Shown here: positions 23,222-36,974 of the stretch, piece by piece
Numbering within the stretch: the first letter of the stretch is position 1
How the letters are laid out: every line of letters begins with the position of its first letter
Notes under the pieces: model-generated
Seen by the model: only the letters and a program-made list of their open reading frames with translations
Told to the model about the DNA's origin: nothing
Database searches by the model: none
Program-made: the position numbers and the translations under genes
DNA from: Pristiophorus japonicus
Taxonomy: Eukaryota
Direction of reading: 5' to 3'
Assembly (NCBI RefSeq): GCF_044704955.1
Contig: NC_091986.1
Coordinates: 100,192,001 to 100,256,000, forward strand
Length of the DNA stretch: 64,000 nucleotides

Positions 23222-23960
23222 GGGGCTAAAGCTACAATCAAAAGATTAAAATCACTGTTAATCGGTGAAAGGTAACATTTAAGCCACGATTTTAACTTTG
23301 GGCAGGAGCCGTGTGAGTGAGGGCCGAAGCCAGCAGCAGATCATCCGGCGCTCAACAGCGTGAGGCATGGGAGATTTTAACTCCCAGGCCTCAGCTGCAT
23401 AGACCCTGTCAGTCTCCCGCCTGAACTCCGGCGGTTGTCGGGTGGCCAGAGTCCGCAATCTGAGTACCGAAGGAGCAGTCACCAGCACTCGGGTAAGTGG
23501 TTGGGAGTTGGTTCTGGAAGGCCTTGTGGTCGAGGTGGTGGAGAGGCGGGGTTTGGGTGGGGAGCCCGAAGCAGGGGAGGTCTAAACTTTCCTTGAGGTG
23601 CCTGGAGGAGCAGGAGTACTTGTCCTGCCCCGACTAGGAAAAGAAAACCACTTATCTTTTTGGGCCTCTTCTGGACATGGCTCCTCATCCCATTAGGTTG
23701 GACTGGCGGCAAAGCAGCACCAGCTTCCCTGCGCAGGCATCATCAGATCTGTATATTCAAAGAAGGACTACACTTGCTTCCAGCGGGTGTCCCTCTCACC
23801 TGCTCAGAAGATCAGAGGAAGATAGAGGGATCGGTGTGTATAAGTCAAACAGGCCATATTAAACGACCGCCTATCCAGTTTCTACCAGGTGAAAAGTGCT
23901 TCCATTTCTCTGAAGTTGAAGTACACCTGTCGCCACTGCAATAAAATGTTACCAGGCTAG
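23222..23960. mobile_element. old non-autonomous DNA transposon remnant
   Basis: Repeated GATTTTAAC motifs; core AAACTTT..GGAGGAGCAGGAGT..GCCCC shared with 55120-55170; boundaries approximate. Confidence 0.45.
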
Positions 23961-26309
23961 AGTGAGAGTGCAATAAAAATAAGTGTCTGGTCCTTCAAAC
24001 TCTACTCAGCAAACTTTCTGTTTTGATTTCATAAATACAAAGTAATTCCACTCACTGATTTTTGCCCTGACTCTTAAGTCAGTGGTTATATGGTTCAGAA
24101 TTAGAATGAGGAACTTCAATGAAACAAAACTGAAGCAAAGCATTTGCTTACTGAGCTACTTGCAGCTTGCCCGATCCTTTTTTATTTAACTCTAATGATT
24201 TTATGTTCACTTTTTTTTGTAGAAGTGCTGATCCTCTGGTCCACACTAACAATTTGTGTCCCCCATATCCGGCCTCTCTGATCCATACAATCCTCCTTCA
24301 GCCAAAAATACGGGGTGGACTGAGCCAGAGACTTTTCCATCATCTCCATCTGTCAACACTATCTGTCTTGGCTCACAGTAGTCGCACTCCAAGCTGAATT
24401 TATTATTTTTAACAATGCCTTAGCAGTCACACTGTGCCTTAAGGCTCTGTTTTTCTTGTATGATTTGGCAGTTTGCAGCAACAGATATACAGATATTAAC
24501 ATGGTTATTTACTTCCACTTCCATCATACTTTCAAGTAGGTTTGCCAGAAACCCTTGCGTGTGGCTGGGGTGAATTACCATGTAGTTGAACAGGGCATTC
24601 AGAAGTCATTTGTCGATTTCCCACCCCGCTCACCCTGCCGCTGCCCCCCCCCCCCCACCCCAAAAAAAAAATCTTAGTGTTTGTTAAAAGAAAAAAAAGT
24701 GCTCTGTAGAATGCTGCGTCGTGATTTGATACATAGAATACCATTCAAAATTCTTGGGCATTAACTCATTACTGACTTTAAGAATTGCACAACAGGTCAG
24801 ATTAGGTCCTGAATAGGTTGAATGTTGTAGTGGCAAATGTATTAGGAAATGTGCACCAACATATCTGTGCTGTGACACAAGCTGAATAGAATTCAACCCA
24901 ATGGCACCCAGTTTGAGGTCTACAGTAATATTTCAGCATTAAAAAGTGGTTATTTGAACAGAACTGTAAGTTAAAACAAATCCTCTTTATCTTTAAATTA
25001 CTTTGATTCATCCACATACATAAATTTAATATAGTATACACTCACTGAACTACATCGTCTGTTATTATGTGGTCTTATTTTGAAATCAAGACATTTAGTC
25101 TGCTAAGGGGTGATTCCCTCCATGTAACTGTAACAATCAGGGTCTTGGGTATCGCCTCTTTAATTAACTAATATTGTATTACAATCAACGGTTCATTTGT
25201 GGATGCTTGTAACCATATGTATCGTGATTTAAAAAAAAAATTAATTGGATTAGACAAGGGAAGTTCGTACAATTAATATTTTACTGTGATTGCTACATTT
25301 CATGAACATGATTAATTTCAACCCCTTTTGTAGAGAGTAAATGTGACTCAATTCCAGAATGCAGACGCCTTAGGCATTTAACATTGTTGGTTTGAACAGT
25401 TAATACTCTGTTTTGCCATTTTTTTACAGTTCCCTAAAAGCATTTGGATATGACGTAAATTCCTGAGGCCTTACTAAATCAGCATACGGTGCTCATAATT
25501 TCTTTGCCTGTCATACTCGCTTCATGTCAGATTTTCTGAGATAGTTACTGCTGGGCTTTACTAATTGGAGGCCTCATGCCCTGGGGACAACTGAATAAGC
25601 AGTAATCTCAGCAAAGTGCTGAAGAGTGTACAGGAATTGCAATCACTCACTCATTCCCATGCACACACCCAACAGATACCCTTGCAGATGTAATAGTGAG
25701 CATTCAGTGGAGTCGCTGCATTTCTTTGTCTTGTTTCATCACAGAAGACACTTAAATGAAACGTGATGTAGTCTGCATTTCCCTTGCTAAAGAAGTTGCA
25801 GAAAACCATAACTGAAAGCTGAAAACCTTCTTGAGAGTTGCGACTTCAACACCATTTACTGTAGAACCGTAAATTAATATTTTCTACAGAATTGCAGCTG
25901 CTCTGTAATAAGTCCCTGATGTGCCGAGAGCAGTGATTTCAGTGCTATGATCAGGACTTAGTGTATGAATCCATGAATTTAGAGTGAGTGGAGCTGCTTC
26001 ATTAATGCTGCACTGGGGTAATTCCACGGGTGTAATTTTTTTATTGGATGCATGCTGTGCGTGTCTGGATATATCGGGTAGTAGACTCGTGCAAGTGGGT
26101 ACTGTATGCTTTTGTGCAGACCAGAGGAAAATAATTAATTTGAAAGATGGCTAGAAAAAACTGGTTTGAAGCAGATGAGACAGGCAGCACAGAGTAGCTA
26201 ATCGTGGGTAAGGGTACAGTCGATGAAACAGAGCGGATATTCAGATGCATTAATCTTCCATTTGGCAGCAGAAAAGCTGTAGGTTTCATTTCATTCCTTA
26301 CTGAAGGAG

Positions 26310-26430
26310 TGGCTCATCCTGGGGTATGGGCTTTCAGTTAATCATACAGAACAAGAAGGTTTCACATTTGACCCTGGGTCTGGACTGAATTAGCTGATCT
26401 TAGCCGGGTGTAAGTAGGGGTGCTGCTCCC
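26310..26430 (+). mobile_element. ancient SINE fragment (5' part)
   Basis: GGTCTGGACTGAATTAGCTGATCTTAGCC resembles 39600-39620 and the reverse complement of 26750-26800. Confidence 0.45.
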
Positions 26431-26719
26431 ACAGCTGAAAGCAGCCTAGTTGTTATGACTAATAGCAAGAACCCCTTTCCAAATATCATTGGACTATAAT
26501 TTATTTTGTCCCTGTGAAGACGCTGACTCATGCTGTGAAATGATTCCACGGATCCCGGAAGCCCTCCGGCAACTTACCAAAGTCGTCACTCTTCATGTGT
26601 GAGCTTAACAGTGCGTATTGTAAGCCTATTCCAATGTGGGACATCAGAACTGAGCTTGATTTTCCCCCTAGCATCACAGTTATTTTGAGAGTATGTGCCC
26701 TGGCTAAAATTTCCACTCC

Positions 26720-26805
26720 TCCCGACCCATGAGCACTAAGGCCTATTCATGCATCCCTGCTGCTACCCTGGCTGAGATCACAAAACTCAGTAACATCGGG
26801 GATCT
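26720..26805 (-). mobile_element. ancient SINE fragment, same family
   Basis: Reverse complement matches 26370-26425 and 39600-39660; cut off by the LINE at 26806. Confidence 0.45.
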
Positions 26806-28140
26806 ATTTTTTTTTAATTCATTCATGGTATGTGGGCGTCATTGGCAAGGCCAGCATTTATTGCCCATCCCTAATTGCCTTTGAGAAGGTGGTGAGTCGC
26901 CTTCTTGAACTGGTCAGTCTGAGGTGAAGATAGTCCCATAGTACTGTTAGGGAGGAAGTTTCAGAATTTTGATCCAGCGACGATGAAGGAACGGCGATAT
27001 ATTTCCAAGTCAGGATGGTGTGTGACTTGGAAGAGAACTTGCATGTGATGGTGTTCCCGTGCACTTGCTACCCTTGTCCTTCTAGGTGGTAGAGGCCGCA
27101 GGTTGGTGAGTTGCTGCAGTGCATCTTGTAGGTGGTACAGCCTGTAGCCATGGTACGCCAGTAATGGAGGGAGTGAATGCTTAAGGTGGTGGATAAGGTG
27201 CCAATCAAGCAGGCTGCTTTGTCCTGGATGGTGTTGAACTTCTTGAGTGGTGTTGGAGCTGCACTCATTCAAGCGAGTGGAGAGTATTCCATCACACCCC
27301 TGACTTGTGTCTTGTAGATGGTGGAAAGGCTTTGGGGAGTCAGGAGGTGAGTCCCGTGTTGCAGACTACCCAGCCTCTGACCTGTTCTTGTAGCCACAGT
27401 ATTTATGCGGCTGGTCCAGATGGTGATCCCCAGGATGTTGATAGAGGGAGATTTGGCGATGGTAATCCCATTGATGGTCAAGGTGAGGTGGCTAGACTCT
27501 CTCTTATTGGAGATAGTCATTGCCTGGCACTTGTGTGGCGCAAATGTTACTTGCCACTTATCAGCCCAAGCTTGAATGTTGTCCAGGTCGTGCTGCATGC
27601 AGACATGGACTGCTTCATTTTCTGAGGAGTTGCGAATGGAACTGACATTTTACAATCATCAGCGAACATCCCCATATCTGACCTTTTGATGGAGGGAAGG
27701 TCAATGATGAAGCAGCTGAAGATGGTTGGGCCTAGGACACTGCCCTGAGGAACTCCTGCAGCTGATGTCCTGGAACTGAGATGATTGGCCTCCAACAACC
27801 ACAACCATCTTCCTTTGTGCTAGGTATGACTCCAGCCAGTAGAGATTTTCACCCCTGATTCCCATTGACTTCAGTTTTACTCTGGCTCCTTGATGCCACA
27901 CTTGGTCAAATGCTGCCTTGATGTCAAGGGCAGTCACTCTCACCTCACCTCTAGAATTCAGCTCTTTTGTCCATGTATGGACCTAGGCTGTAATGAAGTC
28001 TGGAGCCGAGTGGTCCTGGCGGAACCCAAACTATGGTAATTTTCCACTTTTTCGGGTAGATGCCAGTGTTAAAGCTGAACTGGAACAACTTGGCTGGAGA
28101 TAGGGCTAGTTCTGAAGCACAAGTCGGGATGTTTTCGGGA
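26806..28140 (-). mobile_element. CR1-group LINE of a distinct poly(A)-tailed family, 5'-truncated
   Basis: ALDIKAAFDQVWH, GVPQGSVLGPTIF, MFADDC, WADKWQVTFAPHKC; 3' end ..GGGCAATAAATGCTGGCC..GAATTAAAAAAAAA, with no microsatellite tail. Confidence 0.88.
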
Positions 28141-28226
28141 CTGTTCAGCTAATGGCGTACTTTAAAGATTTTGACAGCAAATTAGTACCGGATTTCATTT
28201 CTTATTATGCTCCCTTAATACATATA

Positions 28227-28698
28227 AAGAAAGGAAATGTCTTGGATATATATAGCAGCTTTCACAACCTCAGGTCATCCCAAAGCAAATTTACAGCCAA
28301 TGAAGTACTTTACCATGAATATATATATATATTTTTAATGAATGGAAACTCAGCAGCCAATTTGTGCACAGCAAGCCCCCACAAACAGCAACAATCTGAT
28401 CTAATAATCGTTTTTTTAGTCCTATTGGTCCAGCAATAAATAACAGTCAAGGACACTGAGAAAACTCCCTTGCAATAGTTTATATAGTGCCATGAGATCT
28501 TTTACATCCACCCGAGAGGGCAATTGAGGGCTAAGTTTGACTTCTCATGTGAAAGATGACACCTCCGATAGTGCAGAACTCAGTACTGCACTGACATGTC
28601 AGCAAGGATTATGTGCTCAAGGCTCTGGAGTGGGGCTCAAACCCACAACCTTCTGATTCAGAGGTGGGAGTACTACCACTGAGCCAAGGCTGACACCT
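28227..28698 (-). mobile_element. tRNA-derived Deu-domain SINE (SacSINE1/AmnSINE1-like), near full length
   Basis: Head GGTGTCAGCCTTGGCTCAGTGG (A box) and GGTTTGAGCCC (B box); Deu-like core CAGTGCAGTACTGAG..TCGGAGGTG; tail ..GGCTGTAAA..GAAAG..CTATATA. Confidence 0.85.
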
Positions 28699-30259
28699 AT
28701 CATTCTTCTACTGAGTTATGTTTTAATATAGATTGAGATTGACAGATGAGAGGATCATGGCAAGATATTTAACATTGCATCATCACTTGAATAGCCTGTT
28801 TGGAAAAGAGAAAGTAGCAGAAGTTTGAAAATAACCTTTATATTTTAATAAATAATCAGTTGCTACTAAAAATGTTTGTTTGTTAGTAATTTAATTTGGA
28901 ATTATCTTTCTAAAAAAAATACATTTGTTCTTGTTTTATGATATTGGAAACAAGAGGATCAGACATCTGGGGTCAATTTGAAAAGTTTAAAATGTCTTAA
29001 CTGCAGTTTGTGAAGAGTGCTACTCGGTGGATTGAAGAACTGCATTGAGCACATGGTTGATTTAATTTCTGAGCACCACTTCACTGCTGCAGACATGAGG
29101 AATCACAAAGCTGCAGAAGTAGTTTCAGATGGGGGCAGGGCACAGGAGTTGGCTGCATTGATTAAATGCGATTGTGTTTTCACTGTGACTTTTGCCATGT
29201 GACTTTTGCCACAGTGGGAATGAAAGGCTGCATGAAAAAGGGTTATTACTGACATTACTTTTATATTAGAAGTATTGCACTTTCACAGTATTTTTAACGT
29301 GCTTTTCTGAAAAACACATTTGTATCTATGCAAGCTATTACAGATACTTGTATATCCCAAACTGAGAGTGAAGTGAATACAGCAATATAGTAGCCTGAGC
29401 TTTAACCAAAGTGGCACGTTACTCGGTACTGGAATTCAGTATGGTAATAGAGATGCAATTTCATCATTAATATTAGCTTTTGCATCAGGGTGAGGATTGT
29501 CGATGTGGAGCAGAACATGTTCCTACTTTTGGCATCTAGTCTCAGTATCAAGCAGTCCCAGTTACAGAGAAAATGATGCCTCTGCCTTGCCCCAATAATG
29601 CCTTGGCCCAAACCTCAGGAGTTCCCCCCACCCCCTCTCCATTTCACACACTTTCTGAGTGAATTAAGTATAAGAATGGCCATTCAGCCCATCAAGGCTT
29701 ATTCCTCTGGCAGTCAGCTGCATTTTGAATGTCCCTAATGGTTTTGACTCCACTCCCTTGCTTGGCGTATTACTCCAGACATTTATCATAGTTTGAGCAA
29801 AGGAGTTCTTCTTAACACCTGTTTTAAATGTACCATTTGCTCATTTAAATTTATATCTTCTGGGTACAGTTCTGGCTCACTTTAAAGTAGTATTCTGGAT
29901 TTATTTTGTCCATACCATTTAATTGGTATACTTTAGTGAACTCAGGCCCTCCCTTAACAGCATTTTTGAGAGACTGTAGAGTTTGACTATCTCTGATCTT
30001 TTTTTGCAGCTTATTAACTGTACACTTCTGATCAATCTTTCTCCTCTTCTCTGCACATGTGCAGTACTTGTAAATGTTGTTATCCCATGGTGAATAGAAT
30101 TGAACACAGTACTCCAAGTGGGTCTGAGCATTGCAATATAAAACCTTAGCACATCATCTGGAAACTTGCATTCTACTATTCTGGATGCATATCCCGATTC
30201 TGTTATCATTTTTTAAAATTGCTTTATTATATTTTCCACAACCAACTATCACCTTAAGC

Positions 30260-31756
30260 CATTCTTCCCTGTCCCCTTCACCCTCCCCACCAACAACAAG
30301 TATGAGGACTTCATGGCCTCCCCTTCCTGGCCTCCATGCTAGCTGATATTGTAAGCTGTTCTCTCTCCTCAGGTACTGTGTTTCTCCCTTTCAAATCTGC
30401 CGTCGTCACCCCGCTCCTCAAAAAACCCACTCTTGACCCCTCTGTCCTTGCACAACTTCCATTCCATCTCCAATCTCCCTTTTTGAGTCCATGAATGTAT
30501 TGTCGATTTCCAAATCTCTGCCCATCTTTCCCACAACGCTATGTTTGAACCACTCCAATCAAGTCTCCGCTCCTACTACAGCACTGAAACAGCCCAAATC
30601 AAAGTCATAAATAATATTCTATGTGACTGTGATAATGGTGCACGATTCCTCCTCATCCTTCTCGATCTGTCTGCAGCCTTTGATATGATTAACCATACCA
30701 TCCTCTTCCAACGCCTCTCCTCCGTTGTTCAGTTAAGTGGGACTGCCCTCTACTGGTTCCACTCTTAACTACCAAGTCGTAGCTAGGTAACCTCCTGCAA
30801 TGGCTACTCTTCCCGCCCAGCATCATTACCTCTAGAGCCCCCTAAGGATCTATCCTTGGACCCCTCCTATTTCTCATCTACTTGATGGTCTTGGCAAAAT
30901 CATCAGAAAACATAACGGCAGGTTTCACATGTATGTTAACGACACCCATCTCTATTTCACCACCACCTCTCTCAACCCCTTCACTGCCTCTGTGTTGTCA
31001 GGCTTATCCAACATCCAAACCTGGATGAGCCGCAATTTCCTCCAGTTAAACATTGGGAAGACCGTTGGGTGGCCCCCACTACAAACTCTGTTCCCTAGCC
31101 ACTGATTCCATCCCCTTCCCTGGCCACTGTCTCCAGCGGAACCAGACTGTTCACAACCTTGCAAACCTATTTGACCCTGAGCTTTAGGCACCATATCCTC
31201 TCCAACAAAGACTGCCAACTTTCGCCTCTATAATATCACCTGTCTCCACTCCTGCCTCAGCACATCTGCTGCTGAAACCCTCATCCATGCTTTTGTTAGC
31301 TCTCGACTCGACTATTTCAATGCTCTCATAGCCAGCTTCCCATTTCCCCCACTCCATATACTTGAGGTCATCCAAAACTCTGCTGCCCGTATCCTAACTT
31401 GCACAAAATCCCATTCACCTATTGCCCCTGTTCTCGCTGACCTGCATTGACTACTGGTCAACCAACAAACTTGATTTTAAAATTCTCATCTTTGTGTTCA
31501 TATCTTTCCATGGCCTCGCCACTCTCTATCTCTGTAACCTCCTCCAGCCCTACAACTCAGATCTTCAACTCTGACCTCTTGGGCACTTTTTCCGTCCCAC
31601 CGTGGCAGCCGTGACTTCAGCATTCTAGGACTTAAGCTCCCTCCCTCCCTCCCTAAACCCCTCCATCTCTCCCCCCTCCTTTAAAACTACCTCTTCAACC
31701 AAGCTTTTGGTCACTTGTCCTGATGTCTCCTTACTGCGATAATATAAATGTAAGTC
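30260..31756 (+). mobile_element. L2-clade LINE, 5'-truncated and degenerate
   Basis: TPLLKKPTLDP, STETA, LILLDLSAAFDMINH (ORF 30541-30768), SRLDYFNAL; ends TATAAATGTAAGT. Confidence 0.88.
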
Positions 31757-32122
31757 ACTGTCTGAACATTTTATTGTCTGAACATTGTAGTTGAGAAGTC
31801 TTACTATAAGCCTTGGGTCATTTTCTAAGTCTCTCACTGCCAATTCAATTCCATTCATTGTATATTTACAACGCACAAGTTTTTGACCAATATGTAATAC
31901 TTTATATTTATCAGTGTTCATTTTAATTTCACATTTGTCTGCCAAGTTATATAATTGGTCCACTTCCATCTGCAAATCTTTAGCTGCTCTACTGCTCATC
32001 AGATTTACAAGTTTACATTTGCGTTTTGTTATCCAAGTCATTAATATAGATTAGAAACAGCAGGGATCCAACACTGACTCCTGTATTCTCTAATCAACAC
32101 CTCTACCCAGTTTGACATTACA

Positions 32123-32285
32123 GTGGTAATTCTCTGACTTCGCATTCCCTACTGAGCCTCACCTGCTGGCTGCGCATATTGAAAACGTGGATGTACATTG
32201 TACGTGTTTTTCTGACCTTTAGTTCTGATGCACACTGCCGCTGGCGAGGCTCCCTACTAGTAGTGCAAAGTTGGAAAATTACCCC
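32123..32285. mobile_element. small MITE
   Basis: TIR GTGGTAATTCTCTGACTTCGCA versus reverse complement of right end GGGGTAATTTTCCAACTTTGCA (17/22). Confidence 0.6.
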
Positions 32286-32799
32286 TTGCATCTCTCACAA
32301 GGATACACTATTTCCTATTTTTTAATCAATTTCTTACAAAGTTCCATGTTTTGCTCCAGATTCCAATGGCTTTTAATTTAATTGAAAACCTTTCACATGG
32401 AACCTTGTCAATAACATTCAGAAAGCCCAAACAAACTATATTATGGAGCATTGTAACTATCTACTTTCTATAACGTCACCAACAGAGTAAGTTTGCTAGA
32501 CAAAATTTTTCCCTTCTAAATCCATGCTGGCTGGCTATTCATTTATTGATGTACAGGTACTCCTTCAGCTCACCCTTTAGAATAGTTTCCATTATTTTAT
32601 ATGTTAGTGCAAGGCTTGCTGTTGCCTTGATCAGATTTTCACCCTTCTTAAAATGGGCACTATCCACCCCTGATGACTCTGCCATGATGATAACCAGTGT
32701 CATGTGTGTGCGCGCCCAAATGTGCTCCTTGGTCTCCTTCGGTACCCTATCTGTACCAGTAATGCTTAGGGTTTTAGTAACCTAAACTCACCCCTCATA

Positions 32800-35700
32800 C
32801 ATGGAGTAAAAATACTTAACTGGAGGAAGGCAAATTTCATTGGGATGAGAATGGATCTGGCCCAAATAAATTGGAATCAAAGATTGGCAGGCAAAATTGT
32901 AGTGCAACAATGGGCTGCCTTTAAAGAGGAAATAGTTCAGGTACAGTCGAGGTACATTCCCACGAGGGGGAAAGATAGGGCAACTAAAGTCCGAGCTCTC
33001 TGGATGACGAAAAAGATAAAGTAAGATGAAGGAGAAAAAGAGCACGTATGACAGGTGTCAGGTCGAGAATACATCTGAAAATCAGGCTAAATATAGAAAG
33101 TTCAGAGGAGAAGTGAAAAAGAAAGTAAGAGGGACAAAGAGCGGGTATGAGAATGGAATGGCAGCCAACATAAAATGTAATCCAAAAGTCTTCTATAGGC
33201 ATACAAATAGTAAAAAGGTAGTAAGAGGAAGGGTGGAGCCAATTAGGGACCAAAAAGGAGACCTATGCATGGAGGCAGAGGGTATGGCTGAGGTACTAAA
33301 TGAGTACTTTGCATCTGTCTTCGCCAAGGAAGAAGATGCTGCCATAGACATAGTAAAGGAGGAGGTAGAGGAGATACTGGATGGGATAAGAATTGATAAA
33401 GACGAGTTGCTAGAAAGGCTGGCTGTACTTAAAGTAGATAAGTCACCAGGACCAGATGCGATGCATCCTAGGACGCTTAGGAAAGTGAGCGAAGAAATCG
33501 CAGAGGTATTGGCCATAATCTTCCAATCCTGCTTTGAAACAGGGGTGGTGCCAGAGGACCGGAGAATTGCAATTGTTACCATCTTATTCAAAAAATAACT
33601 ACAGCAACTATAGATCAGTCAGTTTAATCTTGGTAATGGAGAAGCTTTTAGAAACAATAATCAGGGACAAAATAAAAGTCACTTGGACAAGTGTTAGTTA
33701 ATTAAGGAAAGCCAGCACGGATTTGTTGAAGGCAACTCGTGTTTAAACAACTTGATCGAGTTTTTTGATGAGGTAATAGAGAGGTTGATGAGGGTAATGT
33801 GGTTGACTGGTGTACATGGATTTCCAAAAGGCGTTCGACAAACAGGCTTGCCAGCAAAGTTGAAGTCCATGGAATAAAAGGGACAGTGGCAGCATGGATA
33901 CAAAATTGGCTAAGTGACAGAAAAGAGAGAGTAGTGGAGATTGGTTATTTTTCGGACTGGAGGAAAGTATACAGTGGTGTTCCCCAGGGGTTGGCATTAG
34001 GACCACTACTTTTCTTGATGTATATTAATGACTTGCATGTGAGTGTACAGGGCACAATTTCAAAATTTGCCGATAACACAAAACTTGGAATTATAGTAAA
34101 CAGTGAGGAGGATAGTGGTAGAGGTCAAGAGGACATAGACATGCTGGTGGAATGGGCAAACACGTGGCAGATGAAATTTAACGCAGAAAAATGTGATGTG
34201 ATACATTTTGGTAGAAAGAATAAGGAGAGGAACTACTAAAGGGTACAATCCTAAAGCGAGTGCATAAACAGAGAGACCTAGGGGTATATGTGCGCAAATC
34301 GTTGAAGGTGGCAGGGGGTTGAGAAAACGGTTAAAAAAGCTTATGGGATTCTGGCTTTCATGAATAGAGGTATAAGAGTTCAAAAGCGTGGAAATTATGA
34401 TAAACCTGTATAAAACTCTGGTTCGGTCTCAACTGGAATATTGTGTCCAATTCTGGGCACCGCACTTTAGGAAGGATGTGAAAGCCTTAGAGAAAGTGCA
34501 GAAAAGATTTACGAGAATAGTTCCAGTGTAAGGGGTGGTTTGAAGGGGGTCAGCTTTCCCTTCTAACCTTATATGAGCGGTTCCGAATCGCTCCCACACC
34601 CTTGGTTCTAGACACTGGAATTATGAAGAGACTGTGACAAACTTGGACAGACAATCGGTTTCAAGGTAGGAAGCAGGTATGGCTTTATTGTGTTTAAAAA
34701 GAAGTAAAAGGCACACCTTTAATAACACACACAGACCAATACACACTGAGGGGTACAACACATTGAATAAATTGTCCAATTAAAGTCTGTGGGGAAAAGA
34801 ATACAGCTTAAACTCTAAATGGGGTAAAGAGGAGAATGCAGATACATTTACACAAGTTATTCCAGCCTCCCTCCCCCAATTCCCCTCACTAACTAAGTTA
34901 TAGCTCTGTGGGTTCAGGGGACAGTTGCCGGTGAATTGCGGTTTCGGGGTTCGCTGCACTTGGCCTTCTAGGCGAGCTGTACCCCGGTCGGAGGAGAGGA
35001 CTTCGGACTGCGTAGTCTTCGGTTGGGGTGCGTCCGTTGATGCGGTAAGTTGCGTTTTGGATGTATGGGGTAAGTACCCACTTTCTTTGGTTAGGAATAG
35101 TTTAGTTAGTCCCTTTTGATAATTTCTCACCCGTTGGTTGTTCCGAAGTAGATTGTAGAGTGGAAATAAATGTCGATTCTTCAGTTTTTGCTGAGTTGGT
35201 TTTGGTTGGTCGTTTCACTGGTTGTGGTGGCCCGGGTTGTCAATTTGGTTGCTGACAACCTTCCATTTCGTGGGCCTCGTGCTCGGTCGGTCGGTCGGTC
35301 CTTGATGATTTCTTGTAGTTTCCTTCACTACTCCATTTCTTCACTCCCCACCTCCGGCTGCTTGTGTCTGTCTGTGTTTGAGTCTGTGTTCTGCTGTTCG
35401 AGTCTGTGTCCTGCTTTCTGTGTTCTGTTCCTTGGTAAAACTAGGAATAGATATATCCACCAAAGGCTTCCTTATCTCCATCCAAATCTAGCCCAGCTAA
35501 CTGAAATTTGATTAAGTGGTTTTAATCTGGCGTCAATAGGCTTTTCGAAGTTGATGAGCTCTCCATTGTGCTAGTCTGGCCTGAGCCAGATATTTCTATG
35601 CCTGTTGAAAAGGTGTTGGAATATGTATGTGGCATTGTTTAAATGCTAATGTTTTCAAGGGGCAAGTTTCGAGGGTATACAGTTCCCAGACAATTTGATT

Positions 35701-36470
35701 AGTTCTAATGTCCAAACTGGCCCTTTACATATTGACCCCACCCCTTTTCTTGACCCAACATACATCTTTTAAAAATCCCAAATTCGATTAAAGTTCGTAG
35801 TTTCTTCCATGTGCACTTTAGGATTTCAAACTTTCTGGTAGATAGTTCCAAATAAAATTCCCTTTCCTATGAGTCCTATGAATGCACCTCCTTTTATCCC
35901 CTGCAGGCCTCGTCTGCCCCTTTAAAATTCATTTGTGTCCCAAAGTTTTCCTTCCATTTTAAAAGTCCTCTGCAGGGGAAAGGTACCTGGAATCTTTGCA
36001 AGATATTGGTAAATTCTACACCAGGGATGAAGGACTTCAATTACGTGGATAGATTGGAGAAGCTGGGGTTGTTCTCCTTGGAGCAGAGAAGGTTGAGAGG
36101 AGATTTGATAGAGGTGTTCAAAATCATGAGGGATCTAGACAAAATAGATAGAGAGAAACTGTTCCCATTGGCAGAAGGTCGAGAACCAGAGGACACAGAT
36201 TTAAGGTGATTGGCAAAAGAACCAAAGACGACATAAGAAAAAACATTTTCACACAGCGAGTGGTTAGGATTCTGAATGCACTGCCTGAAAGGATGATGGT
36301 GGCAGACTCAATCACAGTTTTCAACAGGGAGTTGAAAGAAAAAAATGTTCAGGGCTACGGGGAAAGCGAAGGGGAATGGGACTAGCTGAGGTGCTCTTGC
36401 AGAGAGCCAGCATGGGCTCAACAGGCCGAATGGCCTTCTTCCGTGCTGTAACCATTCCATGATTCTATGA
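32800..36470 (+). mobile_element. CR1 LINE (ATTCTATG-tail family), interrupted by a solo LTR
   Basis: ORFs 33026-33598, 33799-34239 and 36006-36209; reads ATAGTTCCAG|GGATGAAGG across the insertion; tail GATTCTATGA. Confidence 0.92.
34527..36020 (-). mobile_element. solo LTR, 1494 bp (Gypsy or ERV class unresolved)
   Basis: TGTA...TACA termini; perfect 4-bp TSD CCAG (34523-34526 and 36021-36024); AATAAA on minus strand at 34684-34689; no coding similarity. Confidence 0.85.
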
Positions 36471-36974
36471 TGCATGCACCTCACTTCCATAAAACCGAGA
36501 CAGTTTCTTGAGTATTATAAGTATAAATCTTTTTAAGCATGTAACTAGCTTCCCACAACCTATACAGGTTTATCATGGTACAGGTTATGTTTTGAGGAAA
36601 TTAATGTGCTGTTCAATATTTACAATAATAGACTTGATGGCAATTTGGCACTGCGTTAGGAGTAGACCGTACCAACTTTCCTTTAATTACATCTTTTTTA
36701 AATGCCGGTTTTTCTTGTTCTGTAGATGACTATCTGTTAAATGTATAATGAGGGTAATTTTCTCGTGTTTACTTTTCCAGCCCACACCCCCATTCTCACC
36801 ATTGCAATTGCTAATCTGTTAATTGTTCCATTTTCTGCTTGAGTCTCACCAGTGTAAATCTCACATTTTAAACTCTTTAAACAGTCCTGAACTGCTTATT
36901 ACTGTAAATGTAAAAGAGCAAATTCCCAAACGTTTAGGTCCTGATTCTAGATGGGGAGTTGTAGCTAGTGGAAT

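Larger units (their letters stand above)
29667..32545 (-). mobile_element. old CR1 LINE, split by an L2 (30260-31756) and a MITE (32123-32285)
   Basis: LRPT.MEYCVQFYSP (near 30120), LADKCEIKMNTDKYKVLHIG (31625-32041), and a degenerate DKVP/QHGF region at 32400-32530. Confidence 0.75.

Noticed and set aside
25405-25445. Splice acceptor (TTTTTTACAG) of a host coding exon
   Set aside because: No convincing open frame or donor follows, and such motifs are common in AT-rich DNA.
28620-28698. tRNA gene (also 49560-49632)
   Set aside because: A/B boxes run directly into a SINE body; these are SINE heads, not tRNA genes.
34780-35511. Accessory viral ORFs inside the solo LTR
   Set aside because: They are short (64-116 aa) with no recognisable motif, and cannot be supported without comparing other copies.
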